Below, in pieces: positions 50,267 to 63,491 of a DNA stretch of 64,000 nucleotides. This stretch comes from Macrostomum hystrix (Eukaryota > Animalia > Platyhelminthes). The translations under genes and the position numbers were made by a program. Positions within the stretch are counted from its first letter, which is position 1, and every line of letters starts with the position of its first letter. A model generated the notes under the pieces. The model worked only from the letters and a program-made list of their open reading frames with translations. It was not told where the DNA came from and made no database searches. The stretch spans positions 10,106,001 to 10,170,000 of the forward strand of contig CATNEN010000038.1 of NCBI GenBank assembly GCA_950097015.1. Reading direction: 5' to 3'.

Positions 50267-53200
50267 TATAATTTAAGAAAGATAGCTAGAATAGATTTAT
50301 CATATACATACAAGTCTAGGTAACTGAGTAGAATAATTATATTTATGTTTTTAGGGCGCTTAGTTGGATTTCTTGAAGTTTTGGTATATAAAATAGTTCT
50401 AGATGGCTTTTGACAATAATTTTGTGGCCATATGGGTTTTGAGGGGTCCTGATTCTAAATTTGAAAGCAATTTTTAATTTAAAAAATTCTTAGCAATGAA
50501 TTTTTCACTTAATGGCCTACCAAGCTAATGTAAATTAGACAATAGGAATCATGTGTTTAGGTAGGCCCTAGGGAGGATATTGTAATTTATAATAAGTAAT
50601 TATTATACCTAAACTTCAATAGATAGGGCTTAATAGTTCTCTTAAAGTTTAAGCATAGAGGGCATAATTCTTCAATATTTGAGTTTCTACCATATGGACT
50701 ACAATATTGGAGTTTCTAATGTAAAGACTTTAGTATTGGATTGGTTGTCCAGTTTAGCTCCCAGTACGATGTTGAATTTTATGCATTTGAATCTGGCTGC
50801 CAACATGTCTATCTTTGTTAACTGTAGCCCTGAATTAGACATATTCAGATAGAAGTAAAATAGTATTGATTTATTTAGCATAGATGTGATGATTACATCT
50901 ATGATCTATACTTTGCTTTAGGCTACTTTACTTTCTAATAGCTTTGACACTACTTTAATAGATTTTGTCAAACTATTAGTGTCAAAAAGCAATAGTGGGA
51001 GCGATAGTGGAGATGAGTAGGCTGGAGCGGAGATGAGTAGGCTGGAGTGGAGATGAGTTTCTATGCACTTTTTGCACTGTCTGTCGATACACTGTCTATC
51101 CACTGAGTAATCCAATTTACATCCAAACATTTTATTTACATTTAATCCAAAAGACTGGTGCTAATTCAGTCTTAATTGCAAAAAATTTGTTGTCTTGTTT
51201 TGCTTTCTTATTAGTTTCATTATCATTATCATTATCATTAAAGTCAATGCATACTTCAAACAGCAACATTGGGCTGTAAAGTACATTTTGGATTTGCGCA
51301 AAACATTTTTGTATTTGGAACTTGTGGAGGCATGTATGCATCTCTTAAGCCACACTGTACCACAACCCCTAACCCCAACCCTAAGCTTAAACTGAGTAGT
51401 GATTTTCCTAAATCTACATTTAATCTACTTTGCTTCCTTCCCCACTACTCCCTTCCCTCTCCTCTCCTTCTGTCTACCCCCTTCTCCCAGAAGCCACCTA
51501 AGAAACGCAATAATATATATTGCGCTTAACTGATCCTTTGGGAGAGGTGACCTTTCAAACAATAAGAACACTGGGATGTAACTGAACATTATAAACTTTT
51601 TAATTGGCAATTATACACATTATTACACGAGCATACATATTACATATTACAGACATATTACATATTACATACATATTACATATTGCAGACATATTACATA
51701 AGTAAACTTTTCGATATTCGTATCAGTTATGTTCATTTACTGTTGATGTGGTGAAAATGAAACTTAAATTAGTTTTTGTTGCTAGGCCTATTAAATATTT
51801 TTATTTAAATACTATTATTCTGTGAATTAGATTTTAATAGTTTGTTCCTTAAGTTCTAATTTCTAATTTCTCCCACATGGTAATGGTAGGCCTAGTCCTA
51901 GCACATAACAGTGTAGCACAATAGCACATAAATGTTTTTAATTTAAGGTAAAATGTTGACATTATATTTTCTATGGGTTACCTGGCCCCTTCCCTGCTCT
52001 CTCCAAAGGTTGCCCCTGCAGCTAAGTCAAAGTAGTCATATGGATTACCAGGCATTTTGGTGCTAGGCTTTTGGAATTTTTGAATGATTTGTTAAACAGT
52101 TTTTTATGAAGTTTTATTTTAAATCAATGCAACAACTGGGAATTTTGATTGTTAGGCCTAAGGTTAAGGTTGCTTTTTTTGCTCTTGATGAACTGGGGCT
52201 GCTTCTAAGGTTCTGGGGAACTTGTCTGTGGCAATGTTCAGTGCAGGGGAGATAAAGCAAAATGGTTTACATGCTTGGGAGTGTCTATGGTCAAAAGGGA
52301 TGAGCTGGTGTGGTTAGTGTTAGTGGGACAGGAAGTATTAGCACATATTCTGTTTTCTGCTACTGGCTCTACTAATCAAAATGATTTCCTAATGTTTTCC
52401 CATCATTTAAACATAAGACTTTTCAGAATAAATCAGTTTAAAAAACAATTCAAAAAGAATGCCAGCTTTGTAATGCCTGATCTTGCTTTTTGGTACCTTT
52501 TTAATGCATTTCAGTTCTGACAAATACATGAAGTATAAAAAATATAACATTACAATGCATTAGTAGCTGTGTCAATGATGTTTTGTTTTTTTCAATTCAT
52601 CAAACCATTTTTTGTTGTAAATGTTCATAGCTTGCAATGATTGTAATTCAAATTGTATTACTAGTTCAATAGCAACCTTTGAATAATGTGTTACAGCAAG
52701 TTTATGGATGTATATGTACATTAAAAGTAGCATATTTATGATCAAAACATTTGAATCTCACAAGTTATCTAAAAACATCCAATTAGGCACATCATGTCAC
52801 CAAGGACTACTAGAAAAAATAGTAGACAGTTTATTTCTTGAAAAAAAATTTAGGGCAGATTTTTATTTTTAAAATATAGGCCTACTAGTGAGAAATAAAC
52901 TTTTCTAGTTTTTTTTTCACATTAAAATGTTGAAAACTTTTTATTCAAAGCAGAAAAATGCTGTTCTTTTAACAAAACTTGCAATACATATTGCTTCAAT
53001 GCATTAAAAAAAGCTTCATTCAGAAATATTTGATCTTTATTTTCTAGGTAAATGAACTGTTCTATTTTTCTTATATTTGGTTCTTTGCTTGAGGAAATCA
53101 TCACAATAGGCCAATTGAGAGTTAAGACATTTCAGACACTGTTAAAATATTTTTAAGTGACAAATGTGTTGTTAATAGAAACTTTAAAGCACATTTACTA

Positions 53201-54238
53201 GATAATTTTACATAATTTACTATCAGTCACTATCTGTCTGCTGTCAGTCTTCTATTGTGTTTACTACTTTGGCTAATAAAATATAAAGAAATAAGTAGGA
53301 ACAATAGTTCCTAAAAACTTACAATCAGTCTAAAACATTTTTTGTAAATCATAGTAGCATTAAGGCTGTTTATGAAACCTCAACAATCCAGGTGTTGATG
53401 CTCAGAGATAGCATAGCAAGCACATTGTTTTTAAGTTGAGATAGCCCAAATGAGCCTTTTTATTACTACCTAAAGCTTAGATATAAAATGGTGACTACCC
53501 AAACCCAGAATCCCAAAATTGTACCCAAATTTTCTGGAAAGAAACCAAGCAATTTCACTTGGGTGAAACTTCAATTTCTATTTTATCTCTATTTTTAATT
53601 CATCAATATTCTACTTAAAATTTCAGCTTTGACTTAAACTAAATAATGGAACTAGTTATTTTTCATTTTTACATGCTGTATACTGGGTTTGATTGCCTTA
53701 TTTTATGTATATTTTATTCAGATTAGCATTATTTAGATTATCACTGTATAGAAATGTTTTAACTTAATTGTGTAACATCATATCCAGTAGAATATATCTA
53801 TATCTAGTATGTTGTACTGTTAAAGGGTCTAAAATATATACTGGTAATATAAAATAAAATATGTTCATAGCAGAAACTTACACATAGCCCAACTAGGCCA
53901 TATATAGACAATAGCAGCCATAGGTATAGTGTTTCTAAAGTCTATAGCTAACAGTTATTTTATAGCTGTTCATTTTGGCGTAGAGAGGTCTGCCATTGCT
54001 ACCCAAATCTTTACTTCTGCTAAAGAATGGTTAAGTGATATGCGTTTTAGCTATAACTAGGTACACTGAAGCACTTAACCACTAGGCCAAAAGCTCACTT
54101 AGCTAATGAATGGCAGGCTAACACACCCACCCAAATGTATGAACAGGATTATTACTAATTTAAATATACAGCAAACTCAAATCCCAATTCTCTTCAAGTC
54201 GTCCAACTGAGCCTATCAGTAATCTAAGGCCAGTCTCT

Positions 54239-54580
54239 ATGGCAACCAGTGCTGGCGGTGACGCCACCTATTCTGTTAATGACAAAGCAAAGCCGGGCTA
54301 TCTGCGAGTGTCATTCGACCTGCCCGGCCTGAAAAAGGGCCTACTAGAAGGTGGCAAAAATGCTAAGAAGACAAGCAATTCGACTCTGAATGTGTCCATC
54401 AATCAGGGCTCTGTAGACTTTGGCACTGTCTCAATCAAGGGCCAAACTAAGGGCCACCTGGTTGAGTACAGGCTGCGGGTGGATGCCTCCGAGCTGATTG
54501 GCTCCTGGCTGGGTGCTCCGCCCAGCTACTACGAGGTGGAAGTTGGAATTCTGCGAGTGTTTCTCAAACTGGCTGATTAA
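54239..54580 (+). CDS. Small single-exon protein (113 aa), probable HSP20-like/CS beta-sandwich
   Basis: GC-rich island with ATG..TAA and ATTAAA downstream. Pattern YLRVSFDLPG...LNVSI...YRLRV...GILRVFLK resembles CS/HSP20 strands. Confidence 0.65.
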   Translation: MATSAGGDATYSVNDKAKPGYLRVSFDLPGLKKGLLEGGKNAKKTSNSTLNVSINQGSVDFGTVSIKGQTKGHLVEYRLRVDASELIGSWLGAPPSYYEVEVGILRVFLKLAD

Positions 54581-55349
54581 AATTATTTTCCTGTTTATTT
54601 TGTTTGTGGGTCTGAATCATTGTGCAATCTTCTAGCTCTGTCTGGCATTAAAAGTACAATCATCTAAATTCTATATGCAATTTTCTATCCAATAGCACTC
54701 GGTTTGTTTTAGTTTAATGCTTCTAGAACTGTTGCTAACAGTGAAATGTTTGACTGTCAGAGAGATTTAGCTGTAACTGAAATTTAACAGTCTGTATCAT
54801 GAAGCTGTCAGTGTGATTTGACAGCCTGTGTCGCTGAAATCTCAGTGACTGCAATATTTTACAATCGGCTAATATTCAACTGTCAATTAAGCTTAGATTG
54901 TTATTGAAATCGGTTTGTAATAACTTCCGCTACGATGGGACCTGGTTTTTCTGTCATTAAAAATGTTACCAGAATATATTACTGCTTTTAGTAGAGAGGT
55001 TCGACAATAATGTTAAGAAAAAAAGCATCACTATTATGCTTCCCCAGATTATTTTTTGTGAACATTGGCTGCTTTTTAATGTAGGCAAACATTTAAAAGT
55101 TTTCTAAATATTTATCGCGGCTTTTAAAGTTTTTATATTGTAAAATTGGACCTTAAAGATTTTATTGCTTTTCTGTAGCTTAGATTATTGTAATTTTTGT
55201 TTCTTGTATCTGTACAATATTTTTTCATTTGTTGTAATGCTAGATAAAAAAGTTATTATATATACTTTTTTAATCACAATACACCACTTCGTATCGAAAT
55301 TAGCTTCTAATGTTATTGATAAAAAAGTTACTGCATTTTTGTGTTTTTT

Positions 55350-55668
55350 GGCGAGTCAGTCACAATCCCTAATTCTATCAATGAATCAGTCGCAATCTCA
55401 AAATCCTTCAGTGAGTCAGTCGCAATCCCACAATCCTTCAGTGAGTCAGTCGCAATCCCACAATCCTTCAGTGAGTCAGTCACAATCCCACAATCCTTCA
55501 GTGAGTCAGTCACAATCCCACAATCCTTCAGTGAGTCAGTCGCAATCCCACAATCCTTCAGTGAGTCAGTCGCAATCCCACAATCCTTCAGTGAGTCAGT
55601 CACAATCCCACAATCCTTCAGTGAGTCAGTCGCAATCCCACAATCCTTCAGTGAGTCAGTCACAATCC
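55350..55668. repeat. Minisatellite, 30-bp unit gtgagtcagtcgcaatcccacaatccttca
   Basis: ~10 tandem copies. Confidence 0.95.
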
Positions 55669-56300
55669 TATCATTCTTAATGAATTACGTAGATGAAAAA
55701 ATTACTCATAAAAACCATTATTTACCGTCGATTTACATAATTCTTAGATCTACCCAGTTTCGACAGTTTCAAAAATCTAATTGATGACTGGGTTAAGTTG
55801 TTTTTCAGCAAATTAGGAAACTTTACAAAGGTAGTAAGTAAGGAATTATTTTGAGGTCCTTGTTCACAGCGATGCGAATCGAAGGAAGTACGAGTCGAAT
55901 AAAAATGGAATGACGATAGTGTGAGCAGTACTAATAATTTTTGTCTATTCGTGATGGATTGGAGAAGTTTTAAGAATAGGTTTACGTTGCAAAAAATTGC
56001 GAGTAACACCGACACGTAAAAAACAAGAGGTAACTTACGGTACAATCTTAACTTTTACGTGAATCACAATTTTGAGTATCGATATACGAAAGTAGAACGT
56101 CATCACTCCGTCAGTATGTGAGCATGTACATTTTTAAAAGGCATGACCAACAATTTCTATAGTTCATGAGCAAAATGGCCCAAATTAAAGCGAAGTTTTG
56201 TGAGCGACACGTCCGTAGGAAATGTTTCTTAGCTGATTTATTGTTTTATTGCCCTCAAGGCCAACAATGCACCAGCCCGCTGCAATTCTGTTGATTTAAT

Positions 56301-59300
56301 TTACGCAATCTGGTTCATCTTGTATTGCGACTCCGGCTTACCGCCATTGCTCTGCTGTCGCTTAGCGCAATACACTAGCAGGGCGCCGATGATTAGTAGA
56401 AGCTGAAATTTTTCGTTTTAATACTTGCAATAGACTAATACAAGTATTAATAATACTAATAATAATAATAATTGATTACACCTGCCCCAATTGGGTCAGA
56501 TGTGCAGCCGACAGCACAGCCGCAGCTAATGCGCGGCGCATCTGAAGGCTGCGTACAGCTGTTCAGTCCACGGACTGGGGGGACGCCACACCCACCTTCA
56601 ATTATCCCAGCTGATGCTGGTACCCATTTAATAGCTGGGTGAACTGAAGCAATGCAGAGTTAAGTGTCTTGCTAAAGGACGCAAATTGTTCGAGTCGGGG
56701 TCGGGAATCGAACCCCCGACCTTTAAGTCGTGAGTCCGACGCCCTAACCACTAGGCTACAACTTCTTATATTTAATAATACTATTTGTAGAAGAGCTGGG
56801 GGCAATTTTTCCTGTGTTTGGTGACACTAGAAATATCAGCAAGTGACGCCAGCGAGTTTAAATTCTACACACGCACACAGGTACCGTACTTAAAAAGGTG
56901 TGTTCATCTGCCCTGACTTTCTCATGGTCAGGCAGTGTACACTCTAACTGTGCTTTGGTGATTGGCCCTTGAAGGGCGTGAATACCACGACAAGCCGCCA
57001 AGCTTTCTCTCCGCGGTTGCGCCCAAATGGAATGTGGCCTCTTCCCTGAATCGAGCTCAGGACCTTTATCGCTCTGCCACTAACCTACTTCGTACCCAAT
57101 ATCGTACATGTAGATACGACGCTTAAGAGCGCAATTCGTACATTAAATAAAAAACTAAACGGTTCACTCACCTCTAGGCCCAAAAGTCCAGCCAGTGTGT
57201 AAAAGAAGTTATCGAGCTTGTAGTAGGTGTCAATCATTTTGAACACCTTATCGTAGCAGCCCACGTTATAGTTGCTGGTGGCTGTGGTGCCATTGTACGG
57301 GCAGTATTGATCCTCGAGTTTGAACGTGTTTATGTTAAACTTGCAACAGGTCACAGGATAAGTCAGGTCTGGAATTATAAACAAATAAAAATATAATTTA
57401 GGAGCGCATTTTCACGGTTTTCCTACTGTAAGTAGCGATGCATGAAAATACAATGTCGGCGCTTACTAAACGAGTAAGTTTTGTTGCTGGAATCTGTCAT
57501 GTTGAAGATTCGATTCCAGTTCTTGCTGGCGCTGAAGTCTGAGCCGTTCGTGACGCCGCAGCAGCCGACAAAGCTCTGCAGCAGGTTGAGGGTCACCGTC
57601 TCGAAGTTGGAATTCTGCTCGCCTGTGTACACCTCCACCTGCTTATCCATTGTGGTTCGCACGCTGCGCTTCATCTGCGGTTGTATAGTTTGGCAGCGAA
57701 TATTGGTGATCAAATTTACTCAATTGTATCTAACAGGTTGACTATTGTATCTAACAGGTTGACTGTGTATCTAACAGGTTGACTGTGTATCTAACATGTT
57801 GGCTATTGTATCTAACAGGTTGACTATTGTATCTAACAGGTTGACTGTGTATCTAACAGGTTGACTGTACATGTGTATCTAATAGTGTTGGCTATTGTAT
57901 CTAACACGTTGGCTATTGTATCTAACAGGTTGACTATTGTATCTAACAGGTTGACTATTGTATCTAACAGGTTGACTATTGTATCTAACAGGTTGACTTT
58001 GTATCTAATCATGTTGGCTATTGTATCTAACAGGTTGACTATTGTATCTAACAGGTTGACTGTGTATCTAACAGGTTGACTGTGTATCTAATCATGTTGG
58101 CTATTGTCTCTAATCATGTTGGCTATTGTCTCTAATCATGTTGGCTATTGTCTCTAATCATGTTGGCTATTGTCTCTAATCATGTTGAATTGGCTATTGT
58201 CTCTAATCATGTTGGCTATTGTCTCTAATCATGTTGGCTATTGTCTCTAATCATGTTGGCAATCAGATCTAACATGCAGTTGTATATTAAACTAAAAAAG
58301 TCTGCTCACTATATTGCTGTCAGCGAACCAGATGATGACAACGGTTAGTTGGCCAATGAGCAGCAGAGCTACGCAGATCATGTACTGGATGTGGTAGGTA
58401 TGGGTAATGTGTGAATTTGTCATTTAATTAAAGCCTGATTGTGATGGCTACTCGTGCAGAGTCCAAAACAGTGCTCACAATGATCAGGCAGACCCTCTGT
58501 CCCAGGCAGGCTCCGAAGCAGCCGATGCAGCTCACAATGATGAGCAGCAGGCCGAAACCGATGAGCACACCGGCTGCTGAGCCTGTGATGTTGGCCATAC
58601 CCTGTAGATAGGACTGCAGATCGAAGCTCGAGCCGAAGTAAGTCTTCATGCTGTCGCTAATGCTGGACAAATAGGTGGATGCCATGTTCTGGATGATGGA
58701 GTAGCCCCACAGGAGAATGGCGCCCAGAATAGCCAGTAGAATACCCACAATCTAAAATTAGTATTGTTTTTATATTTGTTTTTAACGGCTGTTTTCTAGA
58801 AAATATGATTAGTAATATATTACAATCGTCTATTTTTTCCTAATGCATTGACATACAACATTGTACAATTACAACAAAAAAGATACAAGAAAAATATTTG
58901 AAAATGCTACAGTTTTTTTCACTGAAAATTTCAATTTTTTTAATCGATCGTATTTAGTTCATATTTAGTAAGAAACTTTTTGACACATTTCTTTTTATAG
59001 GACGATATCAACATCCTTTAATCATTTTTTGGATAATAGCTCGTATTAGGATAGTTGATGGTCGTGACGTCATTGGACCGTTCAATAAATAGATAAATAT
59101 CTCTGGAATTTACGGCACTGATCAATTTAGGCTGCGTCAAATGTTTTCTAAGAAAACTACGATGCTGCAATAATTGAGAAATTTATTTGAGAAAAGTAAA
59201 CCCATTGTACAATTTTGTACAAATACAAAAAGCATTTACATTTCCAACTGTCCAACAGTAATAAAATAAGAATAGCTTACAATGCTGATGACATTGATGA

Positions 59301-59355
59301 AGACCACAAACACACAGCAGAGCCATCGGCAGCAGTTGAGTCCTCCGGAAGTCAT
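56301..59355 (-). CDS. Tetraspanin, 6 coding exons
   Basis: Exons 59355-59281, 58751-58479, 58384-58310, 57674-57467, 57368-57172, 56402-56301 with consistent phase. Four TM segments; GCFGAC..RVCL..Y; large loop with CCG (VGCCGVTNGSDF), PVTCC and GC. Confidence 0.92.
56455..56762 (-). mobile_element. tRNA-derived CORE-like SINE, family 1, near full length
   Basis: A-box tagcctagtgg, B-box ggttcgattcc, CORE-like block, (ATT)n tail. Confidence 0.88.
56815..57086 (-). mobile_element. tRNA-derived SINE, family 2
   Basis: Reverse complement is homologous to 12864-13208. Confidence 0.8.
57720..58260. repeat. Minisatellite, 21-22 bp (ctattgtatctaacaggttga / ctattgtctctaatcatgttgg), filling tetraspanin intron 3
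   Basis: Tandem copies in two sub-arrays. Confidence 0.95.
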
Positions 59356-60434
59356 CTCGATTGGTTACTCTCAGGGTATTAACGTTGAGAAGCGTTAAAT
59401 AATATAAGGACGACTTTAAAATCTCGCCGATGAATGCGGGTGTCGTTGGGCTCTAGCTTTTGTATCCTATAGCTCTCCTGTGGTGTGTGTGGACAGAACT
59501 GGGTGGAAGAACCAGTGGAACCAATGAGCTGTCAGGGCGTTGTCTACGCGAGCAACCGAATTGCGCGCACAATCTTACTATAAACAGCGGCAGAGGATGA
59601 GTCACCGCGCGATCTGCTCAACTATGGGAGCGGCTGGTGAGATGGGTGTGTGCTGTAGTATTGTTTGTGTTGGATGCTGGAGAAGACAGAGCAGATAGGA
59701 ATTGGTGCGCGACCTGTCAGAAACTTTGCCTAAACTACACGCCATTATATATATTTCCTCTCTAAGTCCTTCACTCCCTCCCTCTCTGTCACTTTCCACT
59801 CAATGCCGCGCTCTACACGTAAAACCCACATTCACACTACTGAACCGCGTTTTCATTTCTCTTTCCCCTCAGATCTTCCTTCCTTTAAGTCTCTCTCTAT
59901 TGGAATTGAGCAGCTCTTGGGAGGCGTGCGTCTTCAATACGGAGCCGTTCTGGGCCTGAAAGACGTCAGATTATATTCTGGAGGGAGCATACATTCAGAC
60001 GGAGGGAGGAGAGAGTCGACGGGATGCACATAATTGTTGGCATTGGTTGCTATGGGAGCGATAGCGACTAAAAATAATACTCATTTTGGTGTGCAGCAAC
60101 TAAGTCTGCCTCTCTCTCTCTTCCTCCCTCTCAGCATGGCTCAAGACTTCCCTTCGCTTCAATTCCTTCCCATTTCTTGCTTTGGCACGGGCCTCTAGTC
60201 CCGTTGCACACTAGAATAAGCCATTCCTAGTCGGCTCAACAAAAAAACTTTGCTAGGTTGTCGACTCTACTATGGTTCAATAAAATTTCACTCGCCAAGC
60301 GTACATTTAAACTGGCAGTTGTGAAAAAACGCCTTTATGGATAAGGATTATGAGACTAGAAAAATGTAGTCGTGTAAAACTAATAAGATATACAGGAGTG
60401 CTTTGAAGACCTCGCTTAAAGAATGCAGTATTTA

Positions 60435-60712
60435 GAAAGGGTGAGAGAGTAAGGAAGAGGTGAGAGAGAGTGAACAAGAGGGTGACAGAGAGTGAACAAG
60501 AGGGTGAGAGGGAGAGTGGACAAGAGGATGAGAGAGAGCGAACAAGAGGGTGAGAGAGAATGAACAAGAGGGTGAGAGAGTGAACAAGAGGGTGAGAGAG
60601 TGAACAAGAGGGTGAGAGAGTGAACAAGAGGGTGAGAGAGTGAACAAGCGGGTGAGAGAGAATGAACAAGAGGGTGAGAGAGTGAACAAGAGGGTGAGAG
60701 AGTGAACAAGCG
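60435..60712. repeat. Purine-rich minisatellite gagagagtgaacaagagggt
   Basis: Tandem copies. Confidence 0.9.
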
Positions 60713-61113
60713 GATGAAGTCGTAATAAATATTGCATTTCTCAGTAAATGAAGCTTGGATCATGGTAAAATTTGAGCACACGCGCAAACTTATTAAAAGT
60801 TAAAGTTCCTAATATAATACAGGGCTCGTAAATACATAATGTATTGATTTTTTTCAAATAACTTGATCAACAGGTGACGCAAGACGGCATCGATTTGAAA
60901 AATGCGGCGCGGCCGAACATAAGTTTAATATTTGGCTTCAGTTGGCTTCAATTCAGTGCTTCAAATAAGGACTATAGAATTAATCGATTTCTTAGGAAGG
61001 GAAAGAAATCGACGGTCATTTTTGTATCGATCCTATAGCTTAGAATACTAAATTGCAACAGTAATTTGTCTGAATTGTCTCTGTTTTTAGCTTGACACAC
61101 ACATGTTCAACTA

Positions 61114-61425
<312 letters not shown>

Positions 61426-61984
61426 CCACCAGCTTACTTTAAGACTGCTAAAAATTCCTTTAGCCATATTTAGAACAACGCAGATTTCCTAAACAAAACC
61501 CAGCAAGCCTACCTTGGTACCTCGGGGCCTAATTTCCTTACCTTTAATTACACTTTCTCTTAATATAGCTCAGTCGCAGCCATTTACGCCATGCGAACTC
61601 AGTGGGGCAGCAGGCCCAGGCCGCACGTGGGCAAACACGCTGGCCAGGTCTGTGCAAAAAATGCTTCGAAGAAAATCTAGAATTTTGCGTTGACTATTCA
61701 CTAAAGTGGGCGACTGAGTTGGCTAAGTGTGTGCTTTTCTTTTTCGGCCCCGCGAGTATGGCTTGCATAGTCTGTGCTCTATTTTTAGCAAGGCCTTACT
61801 AATTAAATAACGAGCAATCTGCAAGTATTCAACTGGCCGAAGCAGGCTGATATCATTTTTTAGCCGAACTCTCAAATCTTGGACTTTATAATTTACGTCA
61901 TCGCGCGATTCACACTATTGCGGAATTATCCACTTAAGGCACGCGCAGTCTTTACCGAGTGCCAGCACCACTTTTAATCTAGCG

Positions 61985-62930
61985 TGCTGTCACTCTGTCT
62001 CTCTGTCTCTGTCACTCTGTCTCTGTCTCTGTGTCTCTGTGTCTCTGTCTCTGACTCTGTGTCTCTGTCTCTCTGTCTCTGTCACTCTGTCTCTGTCTCT
62101 GTCTCTGTCTCTGTCTCTGTGTCTCTGTCTCTGTCTCTGTCTCTGTCTCTGTCTCTGTGTCTCTGTCTCTGTCTCTGTCTCTGTCTCTGTGTCTCTGTCT
62201 CTGTCTCTGTCTCTGCCTCTGTCACTCTGTCTCTCTGTCTCTGTCACTCTGTCTCTCTGTCTCTGTCACTCTGTCTCTCTGCCTCTGTCACTCTGTCTCT
62301 CTGCCTCTGTCACTCTGTCTCTGTCTCTCTGCCTCTGTCACTCTGTCTCTGTCTCTCTGTCTCTGTCTCTCTGCCTGTGTCTCTGTCTCTGTCTCTCTGT
62401 CTCTGTCACTCTGTCTCTCTGTCTTTCTGCGTCTGTCTCTGTCACTCTGTCTCTCTATCTCTGTCTCTCTGCCTCTGTGTCTCTGTCTCTCTGCCTCTGT
62501 GTCTCTGTCTCTCTGCCTCTGTCTCTGTCTCTCTGTCTCTCTGTCTCTCTGCCTCTGTGTCTGTCTCTCTGCCTCTCTCTGTCTCTGTCTCTGTCTCTGT
62601 CTCTGTCACTCTGTCTCTCTGTCTTTCTGCCTCTGTCTCCGTCACTCTGTCTCTCTATCTCTGTCTCTCTGCCTCTGTGTCTCTGTCTCTCTGCCTCTGT
62701 CTCTGTCTCTGTCTTTCTGTCTCTCTGTCTCTGTCTCTGTCTCTGTCTCTGTCTCTGTCTCTGTCACTCTGTCTCTCTATCTCTGTCTCTCTGCCTCTGT
62801 GTCTCTGTCTCTCTGCCTCTGTCTCTGGCACTCTGTCTCTCTGCCTCTGTCTCTGTCTCTCTGTCTCTCTGTCTCTCTGCCTCTGTGTCTGTCTCTGTCT
62901 CTGTGTCTATGACTCTCTGTCTATCTTTGT
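61985..62930. repeat. (TCTCTG)n-type complex microsatellite
   Basis: Direct. Confidence 0.97.
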
Positions 62931-63491
62931 CTTTCCAACTATATTTCATTATAAAAGTGTTTTTTCCACGTGAAGGAAATTCTCACACTGTCTCAATTGG
63001 CTTAAGGCAGAGAAAATAGTTTATGTATGAACCTAACAGAACAGCCACCGCAGCTGTTATTATCTGCCAGCCATTGTTTTTCTGTGTCCATTACCAAATT
63101 ATTTTGTGTCTTGTCAGTGGCCTCTATAATTAGAAGGTTCAGCGCTAAATGCTCTGTCCATTTTAGTCTATCTTAGTCCATAGAACGATGCGAATAGATA
63201 GTTTGTACAATTTCAGAATTCGGAACACTTCATTCATGGCTTTCCCACACCAATTTAGGTGCTTTTAGCGCGAAGAAAAAACTGCATTAATTTTTGAGAC
63301 CATGAAGTTTTTACATCATGCAATGAAGCATATACTTGCACTCCTCTTAATTTGGTTCACTGGTCACCGAGGGACACTTTCTAGAATATTAATGCCTCTC
63401 AAATGCTTAAGTAAAATAAGCATTTGAGCCCATCAAAATGCGTGTACACCATGTTTCTAAAAATAGCAACACACCTGTATTTTACCTGGCG

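Noticed and set aside
56690-56762. tRNA gene
   Set aside because: A/B boxes continue into a SINE body and tail, with several diverged copies and no complete cloverleaf.
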